This document shows, piece by piece, positions 1 through 10,338 of a stretch of DNA of 64,000 bases. The stretch covers positions 7,259,735 to 7,323,734 of the forward strand of contig OZ244561.1 of assembly GCA_965217585.1 (NCBI GenBank), written 5' to 3'. Position 1 is the first letter of the stretch. Every line of letters starts with the position of its first letter. A program made the position numbers and the translations under genes. Source of the stretch: Candidatus Latescibacterota bacterium (GTDB lineage Bacteria; Latescibacterota; UBA2968; UBA8231). The notes under the pieces were generated by a model. The model ran no database searches, had not been told where the DNA came from, and worked only from the letters and a program-made list of their open reading frames with translations.

Positions 1-297
1 GCCGCCCGCGACCAATACCTCCGCAACGCAGGCGACGCTGTAGGTCAATTCCTCCCAGTGCAGTACCGCGCGCCCGCCTGTGGGCCGGCGCACCAAGTCA
101 ATGCCCAGTGCGCGGCAGGCTTCTACATTGGCCTCGCGCTCGGGTTGCTGATTCCAGCCGCAGGAGACGGCCGGCGGGTCCCAGCCGTAGAAGCGCAGCA
201 CCGGGCCTTGGGCCGCGGCGGCGAGGACCTGATCGACTCCCATGTTGTACGCGCCACAGTTCGCACCCGTATCGACGACGCGCCAAGCAAAATTCAT
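1..297 (-). CDS. Lipoate-protein ligase A / octanoyltransferase family protein (5' part, runs off the window)
   Basis: Translated by hand from the ATG at 297, which overlaps the rnc stop: MNFAWRVVDTGANCGAYNMGVDQ...VLRFYGWDPPAVSCG...LVRRPTGGRAVLH..ELTYS, the LplA/LipM motifs. Confidence 0.88.
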   Translation of the reverse strand, partial: MNFAWRVVDTGANCGAYNMGVDQVLAAAAQGPVLRFYGWDPPAVSCGWNQQPEREANVEACRALGIDLVRRPTGGRAVLHWEELTYSVACVAEVLVAGG

Positions 298-1055
298 TAG
301 AGCACGTCCAAACTCTCGAGGGCGTCCTTGGCCGCCATCTGTTGCGCCTCCTTCTTGCTCCGCCCCTGGCCCCAACCCATGCGCTGGCCGGTGATGCACA
401 CTTCGACGCTGAAGATCTTGTCGTGGTCAGGCCCCTCCTCTGCGTGGACCAAGTAGCGGGGGTGACCATTGCCCATGCTCTGCGAGTATTCGAGCAACTT
501 GCTCTTGAAGTTGACGTACGCGTCCTGGTGGACTATTTGATGAAAATCCGCGAGCACCGCGCACCGAACAAAGGAGCGGGCGGCTTCCAAGCCACCGTCG
601 AGATAGATGGCCCCAATCAGCGACTCCAAAGCGTCGCAGAGGATCGACGGCTGCTGCCCGCCGTTGGCCTCGCGCTCGTCCGTGCTCAGCAACACAAAGG
701 CCCCCACCCCAAGGCGGTCCGCCTGGAGCGCCAGCACCGTGCGGCTGACCAACAGCGACTTCATCTGGGTCAAATCGCCCTCGCCCTTGTCCTCAAAGCG
801 GCGAAAGAGGTATTCGGTGACCAACAGCTCCAGTACGGCGTCGCCGAGAAATTCGAGCCGCTCGTTCGACTCGATGCGGTCGCTGCCCTCCTCAGCGTAC
901 ACATACGATCGATGCTTGAGGGCTTTGACCAACAAATTCTTGTCCTTAAAGTAGTAGCCCAACCGATTTTCAAGGGCGCGCCGCGAACCCAAGGCAAGCT
1001 TTTCTGGGTCGACCGTCGGCTTGCAGCGATTCCAAAGGGTTGAAATCCAGCTCAT
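297..1055 (-). CDS. rnc: Ribonuclease III
   Basis: NERLEFLGDAVL signature, DALESLIGAIYLD, C-terminal dsRBD (GPDH..F...GRSKKEAQQ). Confidence 0.97.
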   Translation of the reverse strand: MSWISTLWNRCKPTVDPEKLALGSRRALENRLGYYFKDKNLLVKALKHRSYVYAEEGSDRIESNERLEFLGDAVLELLVTEYLFRRFEDKGEGDLTQMKSLLVSRTVLALQADRLGVGAFVLLSTDEREANGGQQPSILCDALESLIGAIYLDGGLEAARSFVRCAVLADFHQIVHQDAYVNFKSKLLEYSQSMGNGHPRYLVHAEEGPDHDKIFSVEVCITGQRMGWGQGRSKKEAQQMAAKDALESLDVL

Positions 1056-1084
1056 CAGCCTAATTCCCGATTGAAAACCTCGTT

Positions 1085-1120
1085 TGCACGGGGAGTGCAC
1101 GGGGAGTACTCGGGGAGTGC
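1085..1120. repeat. 11-bp tandem repeat x3 in the fabF-rnc intergenic region
   Basis: tgcacggggag tgcacggggag tactcggggag tgc. Confidence 0.7.
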
Positions 1121-1121
1121 G

Positions 1122-2381
1122 TCAGCCGGTGAAGCGACCAAACACCAGCGCCACGTTGTGGCCGCCAAAGCCAAAGGAGTTGTTGAGGGCGTAGTTTACC
1201 TGCACGCGGCGCGCCTCGTTGGGCACGTAGTCGAGGTCGCATTCGGGATCGGGGTTTTCGTAGTTGATCGTCGGCGGCAGAACCCCGCATTTGAGCGCCA
1301 TGATGCAGGCGATGCTCTCGATGGCCCCGGCTGCACCCAACAAATGCCCAGTCATCGACTTGGTCGAACTTACGGCCACGCTGTCGGTGTGGCCGACGAA
1401 GACCGTCTTGAGCGCCGCGGTCTCCTGGTGGTCGCCCATGGGCGTCGAGGTGCCGTGGGCATTGACGTACCCAATGTCGCTCGGTTCCAAGCCCCCGTCC
1501 TGCAGCGCGATGCGGATGGCCCGCGCACCGCCCTCGGCCTCTGGCGCCATCGCCGTTTGGTGATAGGCGTCGGCGGTAAAACCCAGCCCGAGAAATTCCC
1601 CGTAGATCTCGGCCCCGCGCCTCTGGGCGTGCTCCAATTCCTCCAAGATGACGGCTCCAGCCCCTTCGCCGAGCACGAAGCCATCGCGCTCAGCGTCAAA
1701 GGGTCGGCTGGCCCGCTCGGGCTCGTCGTTGCGCGTCGATAGGGCCTTGGCCGAGGAAAAGCCAGCCGTGGAGATGGGGGTGACGGCCGCTTCCGAACCG
1801 CCGGTCACCATCACGTCGGCTTCCCCGTACTGGATCTTGCGCGCCGACTCGCCGAGGGCGTGGGCGGCTGACGAACAGGCCGACACCGTGGCGTAGTTAG
1901 GCCCTTTGGCCCCCAGCTCCATGGAGATCACGCCCGGGGCCATGTCGGAAATCATCATGGGCACGTAGAACGGGCTGATGCGCTTGGGTCCTTTCTCCAT
2001 CAGGATGGTGTGCTGTTGTTCGTGGGTCTGAATCCCGCCGATGCCCGAGCCCCAGATGACGCCCACGCGCTCGGGGTCCACTGCTTCCATGTCGAGCTGA
2101 GCGCGGCCGGCCGCCTCCTTGGCCACGCAGACTGCGTAGTGCGTGAAGGCGTCGTTGCGGCGCACATCCTTGCGGTCCATGACCGCCTCCGGGTCGAAAT
2201 CCTTGACCTCGGCGGCGATCGTAGTCCGGTGTTGGGAAGCGTCGAACTTGGTGATCGGCCCGACCCCAGAGCGGCCGGCTAGGAGGGCGTCCCAGAACGT
2301 CGGCAGGTCGTTGCCATTGGGCGCTAAAACCCCCAAGCCCGTGACGACGGCTCGGCGCCTCTGCACTGGAGTTCCGTTCAC
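1122..2381 (-). CDS. fabF: 3-oxoacyl-ACP synthase II
   Basis: [37 protein letters not shown]. Confidence 0.97.
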   Translation of the reverse strand: MNGTPVQRRRAVVTGLGVLAPNGNDLPTFWDALLAGRSGVGPITKFDASQHRTTIAAEVKDFDPEAVMDRKDVRRNDAFTHYAVCVAKEAAGRAQLDMEAVDPERVGVIWGSGIGGIQTHEQQHTILMEKGPKRISPFYVPMMISDMAPGVISMELGAKGPNYATVSACSSAAHALGESARKIQYGEADVMVTGGSEAAVTPISTAGFSSAKALSTRNDEPERASRPFDAERDGFVLGEGAGAVILEELEHAQRRGAEIYGEFLGLGFTADAYHQTAMAPEAEGGARAIRIALQDGGLEPSDIGYVNAHGTSTPMGDHQETAALKTVFVGHTDSVAVSSTKSMTGHLLGAAGAIESIACIMALKCGVLPPTINYENPDPECDLDYVPNEARRVQVNYALNNSFGFGGHNVALVFGRFTG

Positions 2382-2617
2382 GCCTTGCTATTCTCTTCTA
2401 GATATTTAATCGCGTCGGCTACGACCGCCATCTTCTCGGCGTCCTCGTCCGGGATGTCGATCCCGAATTCCTCCTCAAAGGCCATGACCAGCTCGACGGT
2501 ATCGAGCGAGTCGGCCCCCAAGTCGTCGATGAAAGATGCTTGGGGATTTACTTGATCCTGGCTCACGCCGAGCTGTTCGACGACCAGATCTCTCACGCGC
2601 TCTTCAATAGAAGCCAT
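2378..2617 (-). CDS. acpP: Acyl carrier protein
   Basis: [20 protein letters not shown]. Confidence 0.98.
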   Translation of the reverse strand: MASIEERVRDLVVEQLGVSQDQVNPQASFIDDLGADSLDTVELVMAFEEEFGIDIPDEDAEKMAVVADAIKYLEENSKA

Positions 2618-2727
2618 GGTGTGTTCCTCTTGGGATAGGAGTGAACTGTTTTACCGCTGAGGCGAATAGCCTGCGGTCTTAAAATTAGGGTCTAAATATA
2701 GGTGATGAACAATTTTTTTAATAGCCA

Positions 2728-3474
2728 TCACATCGCCATGCCGCCGTCCACGGACAAAACCTGACCGGTGATATAGGAGGCTTGATCCGACGCTAGGAAC
2801 GCCACGGCGTGGGCCACGTCTTCTGGCGTCCCCGCGCGGCCCAGCGGCACCGTGGCAATCATCTGCTCCTGCTGCTGGTCCGTCAACCCGTCCGTCATGC
2901 CCGTTTCCGGCACCAGCCCCGGGGCCACGGCATTGGCGGTGATCCCGCGCGAGGCCAGCTCTCGCGCCAAGCTCTTAGTCAGACCGATCAACCCGGCCTT
3001 GGACGCGGCGTAGTTGGCTTGGCCAGCGTTGCCCAGCAAACCCACGACTGAAGTAATGTTGACGATCCGCCCGCCGCGGGCCTTGAGCATGGGGCGCACC
3101 GCCGCCCGAACGCAATTGAAGGCACCTTTGAGGTTGATCGCCAAGACCTCGTCCCAATCCTCCTCTTTCATCCGCATCAGCAAATTGTCGCGGGTGACGC
3201 CGGCGTTGTTGACCAGCACATCCAGCCGGCCCAATTCCGCGATCGTCGCCGCCACCAACTCGGCCGCCTGCTCGGCGTCGGCGACATCGGCCTGACGCAC
3301 GAGGCAGCGGCGGTCCAGTGCCTCAATGGCCGTGGCTACTTCGCCAGCCGCCGCAGTGTTGCGGGCGCAGATTGCCAAGTCCGCGCCCTCTGCGGCCAAG
3401 CGCAGGGCAATGGCCCGGCCAATGCCCCGCGACCCACCCGTCACCAGCGCGACTTTTCCGTCCAAGAGACCCAT
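2728..3474 (-). CDS. fabG: 3-oxoacyl-ACP reductase
   Basis: TGGSRGIG, NNAGVTRDNL, YAASK; fab operon context. Confidence 0.96.
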   Translation of the reverse strand: MGLLDGKVALVTGGSRGIGRAIALRLAAEGADLAICARNTAAAGEVATAIEALDRRCLVRQADVADAEQAAELVAATIAELGRLDVLVNNAGVTRDNLLMRMKEEDWDEVLAINLKGAFNCVRAAVRPMLKARGGRIVNITSVVGLLGNAGQANYAASKAGLIGLTKSLARELASRGITANAVAPGLVPETGMTDGLTDQQQEQMIATVPLGRAGTPEDVAHAVAFLASDQASYITGQVLSVDGGMAM

Positions 3475-3475
3475 A

Positions 3476-4405
3476 TTATTCCGCTCCTTTTGCGGCGGCG
3501 ACTTCTTCAACGGTACCCGCCAGTGCGACCGCGAGCTTGGGCACGGTGCGACGCACCAGCCCCCTTATCACAGCCCCCGGCCCCACTTCAAAAGCGCGGT
3601 TGATACCCATATCGGCCAGCCGGTGCATCGTCGCGTTCCAGCGAACCGGGCCAGTGATCTGATGGATCAGGTGCAGTCGCAGTTTTTCTGGGTCTTCTAC
3701 GGGTGCAGCCGAGACATTGGTCAACACCGGCACGCGCGGCCGCGCAAAGGGCACCGCCTGTAACAGCGACTCCATCTCCACGGCCGCCGACGCCATAAGT
3801 GGCGAGTGAAAAGCTCCACTGACGGCCAATTCGACGACGCGCCGAGCGCCGGCTTGGGTGGCCAACTCGCCCACCCGTGTCACCGCGGCCCGCTCACCCG
3901 ACACCACGACTTGGCCTGGAGCGTTAAAATTGGCGGCCACTACGATCCCCACATCGGCTACCTGTTGGCACAGGGCCATGACGTGGTCATCTTCCAAACC
4001 GATCACCGCCCCCATCGTCCCCGGCCACTCTCGGCCAGCTTCCTTCATCAACCTGCCACGCGTACCCACGAGTGTCAGGGCCTCCGCAAAGGAGAACACT
4101 CCGGCCGCCACCAGCGCTGAGTATTCCCCAAGGCTGTGTCCGGCTACGGCCACAGGCTGTAATCCGGCGGCGGCGAGCAATTCGCTAACGGCGACGCTGT
4201 GGACGAAGACGGCCGGCTGCGTAACGTTGGTTTGCGCCAGTTGCTCGACCGGCCCCTCAAAGCAAAGCGTACTGAGCGCAAAACCCAGCACCTCGTCGGC
4301 CTCGGCAAAGCGCACCCGCACCGACTCGTGCTGCTCGTAGAGGTCGCGGGCCATGCCCACCGCCTGCGAACCCTGTCCCGGAAACAAAAAGGCGCGCCCG
4401 CCCAT
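3476..4405 (-). CDS. fabD: Malonyl-CoA:ACP transacylase
   Basis: FPGQGSQ, GHSLGEY, SGAFHS. Confidence 0.97.
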   Translation of the reverse strand: MGGRAFLFPGQGSQAVGMARDLYEQHESVRVRFAEADEVLGFALSTLCFEGPVEQLAQTNVTQPAVFVHSVAVSELLAAAGLQPVAVAGHSLGEYSALVAAGVFSFAEALTLVGTRGRLMKEAGREWPGTMGAVIGLEDDHVMALCQQVADVGIVVAANFNAPGQVVVSGERAAVTRVGELATQAGARRVVELAVSGAFHSPLMASAAVEMESLLQAVPFARPRVPVLTNVSAAPVEDPEKLRLHLIHQITGPVRWNATMHRLADMGINRAFEVGPGAVIRGLVRRTVPKLAVALAGTVEEVAAAKGAE

Positions 4406-4406
4406 C

Positions 4407-5411
4407 TCAGTACCCCCAGCGAAATAGAGCGCTGCCCCAGGTGAGACCGCCGCCGACGCCACTCATTAGCACTAAGTCGCCGCGCTCCAACCGGCCCTGG
4501 TCAGCGGCTTCTGCCAAAGCAATCGGAATCGTCGCGGCCGTGGTGTTGGCGTAGCGGTCGATATTGATCATCACTTTTTCCGGAGGAAGATCCATGCGCT
4601 CAGCCGCGGCGTCGATGATGCGCTTGTTGGCTTGGTGCGGCACGAAGAGCTTGAGGTCGTCGCCCGTAAGGCCATTGCGCGCCAGCAGGCTGGCCGACAC
4701 TTCGGCCATCTTTTTTACGGCGAACCGGAAGACCGTGCGCCCCTGCTGGCGGATGTAGTGCAGGCCCCCATCTACGGTCTCGTACGAGGGAGGATACAGG
4801 CTGCCGCCCCCTTTGATGTGCAGGCATTCGACGTCAGAGCCGTCAGAGTATAGCTCGAAGTCGATCAGGCCGGCCCCGTCCTCGCCGCGCTCCAACAACA
4901 CTCCACCAGCCCCATCGCCGAACAACACGCAGGTCGAGCGATCTTGGAAGTCGAGTATCGTACTCATTTTGTCGGCACCGATGACCATCACCCGGCGATG
5001 GGCACCGCTTTCGATGAACTGGGCCCCCGTCGCCACGGCGAAGACAAAGCCGGAACAAGCCGCCGACAAGTCGTAGGCCCAGGCCCGGCTAGCACCGATG
5101 GCGTGTTGCACCAAGCAGGCCGTCGCCGGAAAGATCATGTCTGGCGTAATGGTCGCGACGATGATCAGGTCGAGGTCGGCGGCGGCGATTCCACGACGCG
5201 CCAACAGCTCGTGGGCCACGGCGTTGGCCATAGTGGAGGTCGGCGCGTCCGCTGGCAGGAAGCGCCGCTCGGCAATGCCAGTGCGCGTGCGGATCCACTC
5301 GTCCGAGGTGTTTACCACCTGCTCCATATCGGCGTTGGTGACCACCTTGTCGGGCAGGAAGTGCGCTGTTGCCGTAATGGCCGCGCGAATTTTTTTCTCC
5401 CCTTCAGCCAC
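4407..5411 (-). CDS. fabH: 3-oxoacyl-ACP synthase III
   Basis: TSDEWIRTRTGI, AACSGF, FGDGAG, PHQAN; GTG start inferred. Confidence 0.95.
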   Translation of the reverse strand: MAEGEKKIRAAITATAHFLPDKVVTNADMEQVVNTSDEWIRTRTGIAERRFLPADAPTSTMANAVAHELLARRGIAAADLDLIIVATITPDMIFPATACLVQHAIGASRAWAYDLSAACSGFVFAVATGAQFIESGAHRRVMVIGADKMSTILDFQDRSTCVLFGDGAGGVLLERGEDGAGLIDFELYSDGSDVECLHIKGGGSLYPPSYETVDGGLHYIRQQGRTVFRFAVKKMAEVSASLLARNGLTGDDLKLFVPHQANKRIIDAAAERMDLPPEKVMINIDRYANTTAATIPIALAEAADQGRLERGDLVLMSGVGGGLTWGSALFRWGY

Positions 5412-5433
5412 GCAAGCATCCGCCCCGAGCAGC

Positions 5434-5616
5434 CTACACTTCAGGCTCGACGTATTCGCGGCCTCGATAGAAGCCGCAGCTCGGGCAGACGCGATGGGGC
5501 AGGGCGGCTTGTCCACAGTGGGAGCAAGTACTCCTTGCCGCCGCCTTGATCTTCCAGTGAGTGCGCCGCTTGTCGCGGCGGGTGCGCGAAATTCTTCTCT
5601 TAGGTACTGCAGCCAC
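5434..5616 (-). CDS. rpmF: 50S ribosomal protein L32
   Basis: MAVPKRRISRTRRDKRRTH; CxxC...CxxC. Confidence 0.96.
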   Translation of the reverse strand: MAAVPKRRISRTRRDKRRTHWKIKAAARSTCSHCGQAALPHRVCPSCGFYRGREYVEPEV

Positions 5617-5628
5617 AGGGAACTCCTC

Positions 5629-6168
5629 TCAAGAACCTTCTTTGGGTTGCGAAAATTCGATCTGCGCGAGGGCGGCCCAACGCGGGTCGGCTCCTCTTTC
5701 CTCTTCGGCGGTGGATTCGTCGGCCCCGTCAACTCCGCAGTGCGGGCACCGCCCATCGGCGTCCGGGGTGGGTATTCGCATCGGCAAGTCCAAGATCACG
5801 GATTCGCGGATGTACGCACGCAAATCGACCTCGCGCGTCCCGGGATCGACGATCTCAATGAACCCGTCTTGTTCGGCCGACGCTAGCTCTTCAGGGCTAG
5901 CTTGGCGGCGCTGCAAGAGCAAGCGGAACCGCGCCGAGACCCCTTCTTGTACTTCCTCTAGACAGCGATAGCACTCGCCGGCGATGCGGCAGGTGATGAC
6001 CCCGTCGATTCTGAAGTTGTTGAGGGCACGACGCACCTCGACGCGGACTTCAACGATGGAGGGAAAGGCAAAAAATTCGTCTTTTAGCTCCAGTTCCTCT
6101 GCACGTAGCTCAAAGGAGAGCGCATTGGGTCCCTCTGCGAGATCGTCGAGTACTAGCAAGGCGCTCAT
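5629..6168 (-). CDS. YceD/DUF177 family protein
   Basis: CYRCLE, ADPRWAAL C-terminus; position upstream of rpmF. Confidence 0.88.
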   Translation of the reverse strand: MSALLVLDDLAEGPNALSFELRAEELELKDEFFAFPSIVEVRVEVRRALNNFRIDGVITCRIAGECYRCLEEVQEGVSARFRLLLQRRQASPEELASAEQDGFIEIVDPGTREVDLRAYIRESVILDLPMRIPTPDADGRCPHCGVDGADESTAEEERGADPRWAALAQIEFSQPKEGS

Positions 6169-6175
6169 GGCGTGT

Positions 6176-6577
6176 TCAGTCGGCGAAGAAAAACGCGATC
6201 TCAGACTCGGCGTTGGCCGCTGAGTCCGAGGCGTGGACGGCGTTGCATTGTACGTCCGTGCCGAAGTCGCCGCGAATCGTGCCGGCAGGTGCCTCCAAGC
6301 TGTTGGTCGGACCGATAAAATCGCGCAGATGTGCCACCGCGTCGGCGCGCTCTAGCACCATCGGCACCGCCGGCCCCGAGGTCATAAATTCCACCAGTTC
6401 GCCGTAGAAGGGCCGCTCCTGATGCACGGCGTAGAAGGCACCCGCCCGCTCGGCGGATAGCTCGACCATGCGCAGCGCGCGCACGACGAACCCCTCGCCC
6501 TCGACGCGGGCAATAATCTGGCCGATGGCGTTTTTGGCGACCGCATCGGGCTTGATGATCATCAACGTGCGTTCCAT
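6176..6577 (-). CDS. ndk: Nucleoside diphosphate kinase
   Basis: MERTLMIIKPDAV, GTIRGDFG, NAVHASDS. Confidence 0.97.
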   Translation of the reverse strand: MERTLMIIKPDAVAKNAIGQIIARVEGEGFVVRALRMVELSAERAGAFYAVHQERPFYGELVEFMTSGPAVPMVLERADAVAHLRDFIGPTNSLEAPAGTIRGDFGTDVQCNAVHASDSAANAESEIAFFFAD

Positions 6578-6724
6578 AAAAAAAATATTATTTCCTCAGC
6601 AAGTGCGTCCTCTAGTCAAACAAAATTTTGAAAGATAGGAGCCAATCGGTTTTGTGTCAATGGACGACCCGCGCAACAAAATGCCCTAAGTATCGCTTTC
6701 ATAATGAGTTCGGCGCATATTTTC

Positions 6725-6753
6725 TTGACAGGGTAACAGGCCCTTCCTAGATT
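6725..6753 (+). promoter_or_regulatory. Putative sigma70 promoter of the HD-domain gene
   Basis: TTGACA-17 nt-TAGATT, about 10 nt upstream of the ATG at 6764. Confidence 0.55.
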
Positions 6754-6763
6754 GGCCAATGCT

Positions 6764-8107
6764 ATGGATCATCCGCTTTTAGCCGAAGAAGGCAAGGTCA
6801 TCCGCGACCCGGTTTGGGGCTACATTCACTTCCCTGATCCCGTCCTCGCCCTCGTCGATACCCGGGCCTTCCAGCGCCTGCGCAACATCACCCAACTCGG
6901 CTACGTGCATCTGGTGTACCCAGGGGCGCGCCACTCCCGCTTTGAGCACTCGCTGGGCGTCTATCACTTGGCCAAGCAGTTTTTGGCCCGTCTCCTCGAC
7001 TCGGACCCGCCCCTCGTGCTGAGCGACGAGGACGTGCGCGTCTTTATCGCCGCTACCTTGCTCCACGACATCGGCCACTACCCCTTCTCGCATACCCTCG
7101 AAGAGCTAAGGCCCTTTTTTATCCGGCACGAAGAAGGCGCGAGGCAGATCATTGAGGACCAAGACGGCGAACTCTACCAGACAATCGCCGATAAGTTCCA
7201 GATTGATCCGGTACGCGTGGCCAACGTCATCGACTACGAAAACAGCGGCCGCGTGGTTTCCCCCGAGGACCTGCTGCTGGCCAATATCCTCAGCAGCACC
7301 CTCGACCCCGACAAAATCGACTATCTCCTGCGCGATTCCATGTTCTGCGGCGTACCCTTCGGCGAGAGCGTCAACCGCGACCGCCTGATCGCCTCCATCA
7401 AGTTCGACCCTGAGCGCAAGCGGCTAGCCATCACCAGTAAGGGCGTTTCCGCGGTTGAAGCCCTAGTCTTTACCAACTATCAAATGTACCGCAACGTGTA
7501 CTGGCACCACGGGGTGCGCTCGGCGTCGGCCATGTTCAAGCGCGCCGTGCAAGAGATCCTCCTCCATCCGCACAACCGGCTCGACTTCTCCGATTTTCAC
7601 CGCCTCACCGAGAGTGGGCTGATCGCTCGCCTCCAGCACGAGCAGCAGCGCCTAGGGCTGGCAACCTCCGCCCAGCTCCTCGAAGGCACGGTTCATCGCC
7701 GCCTCTACAAGGTCGGCGCCGTCATCCACCCCAGCGAGCGCACCCAGCCCCTGATGCACGGCCTCGACTTTCTCTTCCGCCATCCCTACAAGCGCCGCGC
7801 CAAGGAAATCGAGCTGTGCCAAGTCTTCGGCCAACGGCTCGGCCGCACGCTCCAAGGCCACGAGATCCTCATCGACATCCCCAGCTTCAACAAGACCCCC
7901 GAAGTCGATCTCAGAGTCTTCTACGGCCGCACGCTTCCCGCCGACAAGACCGACCCCCTGACCTTTGCCGATCCAGAGGTCTCCCGCCTGCGCGACTCGC
8001 TGCTGCACAACTTCGAGGACCAAGCCAAAATCTTCCGCATCTTCTGCGTTGACGACCCCGACCTGCGCGAGTTGGTGGGCAAAGAGGCCAAGCAGTATCT
8101 CAGTTGA
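6764..8107 (+). CDS. HD-domain phosphohydrolase (COG1078/SAMHD1-like dNTPase family)
   Basis: IRDPVWGYI, FQRLRNITQLG, HSRFEHSLG, LLHDIGHYPFSH, DKIDYLLRD. Confidence 0.9.
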   Translation: MDHPLLAEEGKVIRDPVWGYIHFPDPVLALVDTRAFQRLRNITQLGYVHLVYPGARHSRFEHSLGVYHLAKQFLARLLDSDPPLVLSDEDVRVFIAATLLHDIGHYPFSHTLEELRPFFIRHEEGARQIIEDQDGELYQTIADKFQIDPVRVANVIDYENSGRVVSPEDLLLANILSSTLDPDKIDYLLRDSMFCGVPFGESVNRDRLIASIKFDPERKRLAITSKGVSAVEALVFTNYQMYRNVYWHHGVRSASAMFKRAVQEILLHPHNRLDFSDFHRLTESGLIARLQHEQQRLGLATSAQLLEGTVHRRLYKVGAVIHPSERTQPLMHGLDFLFRHPYKRRAKEIELCQVFGQRLGRTLQGHEILIDIPSFNKTPEVDLRVFYGRTLPADKTDPLTFADPEVSRLRDSLLHNFEDQAKIFRIFCVDDPDLRELVGKEAKQYLS

Positions 8108-8155
8108 CGAGCTGAATTCCCTGTCAAACGCCACATTGTTGCGAGGAGCTATCCG

Positions 8156-10241
8156 ATGATACGCTCAATTGCCAGCCGGAAAGCGATTGCCTCCATATTT
8201 ACAGCGGCATGGTCGATCTTTGGAGCACAAAGCGGCTACGGCCAGCCGCCGGTTGAGGAGGGCAAGATATACTGGACTCACCCAGAGAGCGGCATCCATC
8301 GCTCTAGTTTAGACGGCTCCAATCTCGAACCGCTCGTCATCCCAGATTTAAGGAGTCCGGACAAGATCGCTCTGGATATAGCCGGGGGGAAAATGTACTG
8401 GACGGAAAGGGCGGTGGCTGGCATCCATCGGTCTGACCTAGACGGCTCCAACTTCGAAACGCTCGTGGAAGGACATGGCTCCCCAGGATGGAACTGGATA
8501 ATAGACATTGCTCTGGACGTAGCTGGAGGCAAAATATACTGGATGGAGTTCGTCTCAGCCGGTGACTATCACTTTGATATCCTTGCACGGGCCAATCTCG
8601 ACGGTTCTAATATCGAAAGGCTCTTTGGAGGGGCTTATACAGGGGACATTGCTCTGGATTTGGTCAGAGGTAAAGTGTACTGGACGGACTCTGGTGCCAT
8701 CGTGCAGACAGACCTCTCTCACTTCGACGGCGCAGACTTCAACTATGAATACATAGATGAATATTATGTATATATTATCCTAATCAGGATCTTCTAGTAT
8801 TGCTCTCGACTCGGACGGAGGCAAAATATATTGGACGGACGCGGACACAGGGATGATCTATCGAGCCGACCTCGACGGCCAAAACCGCGAAGAAGTCCTC
8901 ACCGTATCCGATGGCTACCCCGAAGAAATCATCATCCTCGATGTGGACGGAGGCAAAATATACTGGACCAATCCGGGCACGCAGACGATCCAGCGAGCCG
9001 ACCTCGACGGCCAAAACCGCGAACCCTTCTTCGACTTAGGCCAACTCCATCTCATGGAATCCCTAGCAGGCGTCGCCCTTGATTTAGACGGGGGCAAGAT
9101 ATATTGGACGGACGAGGATCTGAAAAATAGGAACTGGGGGACAGGGACTATTCAGCGGGCCGACTTGGACGGCCAAAACCGCGAAGTGCTGTTCGATCCA
9201 ATCGTGAGAAGACCACACGGCATTGCCCTAGGCATAGACAAGATGTACTGGACCGACACGGTGAAGGGGACGATTCATCAAGCCGATCTAAACGGCCAAA
9301 ACCGCGAAGTGCTGGTAACCGGGTTGGATGAGCCGAGGGGCATTGCCCTGACAGCCGGGAGCAAAATATACTGGGCCGACTCGGGAACAGGAAAAATTCA
9401 GGCGGCTGGCTTGGACGGCTCACAGATTGAGGACATCGTCATTGGGTTGGATCATCCATATACCATCGCTTTGGATAGAGGCCAATCCAAAATTTACTGG
9501 ACGGAGTCTGATAATTATCAGCGGGGTACATCCCAGCTTTTCCGCTCCGACTTGGATGGCTCGCACATTGAAGATCTCTCAATATCAACAGTGGCTTTCT
9601 CGAACATCGCCTTAGACGAGGATAGAGCCAAAATCTACTGGACGGGTACGGGTAGCGATGACATCTCCCGCTCGGACTTGGATGGCTCACACATCGAAAA
9701 ATTCGACGTCCTTGACTGGGCACATTCGATAGGAGCCATCGCTCTGGACCTCATTGGGAACAAGATGTATTGGACGGCCTTGTTCGTCGACCCGCCCTCC
9801 GGCGGTTCATATTTGCAAATTTACCGTTCCAACTTGGATGGCTCCAATGTCGAACACATCCTCTTCGGGGAGACAGACAGATACGGTCCCCCCACCGGCA
9901 TCGCCTTGGACATCTCCCACCCGACTTTCGTTTCAACGCCCGTAACCACGCCGACAATACCGACCACCACCAGCCTAGACCCCAACTTCCCCAACCCCTT
10001 CAACGCCAGCACCCAGATCGCCTACCGCCTCGCCACCCCCGGCTCGGTGCGGCTGGAAATCTACAATGTCTTGGGCCAGCCCGTGCGCACGCTAGTGCAC
10101 CAGTTCCAGCCCGCCGGCTTCTACCAAGTCCGCTGGGACGCCCGCGACCAGCGGGGCGCTGCGGTGGCGGCCGGCGTCTATCTCACCCGCCTGCGCCACC
10201 CCGACGGAGCGCAGACGCGGCGGTTGCTCTACCTCAAGTAG
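8156..10241 (+). pseudogene. Secreted YWTD/LDL-receptor class B beta-propeller repeat protein with a C-terminal FlgD-Ig (T9SS-like) tail; +1 frameshift near 8782
   Basis: Repeated IALD..GKIYWTD....I.RADLDG; tail PNPFNASTQI...YNVLGQPVRTLV. ORFs 8156-8797 and 8853-10241 join if one A is removed at 8782-8783. Confidence 0.85.
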
Positions 10242-10338
10242 CCAGCCGGAAGCGACTACTATTTCTTGCAGATCTAACGCGGTGGGGGCAAGCCTGGTGG
10301 GCCGACTCGGACCTAGCCTCGGGATTGCACTTACTTGG

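Noticed and set aside
108-1742. Long antisense ORFs (also 11113-12339, 18701-19879 and the 5' part of 49115-50536)
   Set aside because: Shadow frames of real genes in GC-rich DNA, with no motifs.
2653-2678. Hairpin in the acpP leader
   Set aside because: A short, bulged stem with no recognisable RNA family or U-tract.
6764-8107. HD dNTPase as an anti-phage system
   Set aside because: Core-like composition and position divergent from ndk; the family is widespread in housekeeping roles and nothing here indicates defence.
6725-8126. 9-bp inverted repeat (ttgacaggg) flanking the HD gene
   Set aside because: Too short, the left copy is a -35 box, and there is no transposase; probably chance.
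8754-8784. AT-rich stretch resembling a dif site (ttatgtatatattatcctaat)
   Set aside because: The arms do not fit XerC/XerD spacing or consensus, and the stretch lies in a Tyr/Ile-rich coding patch.
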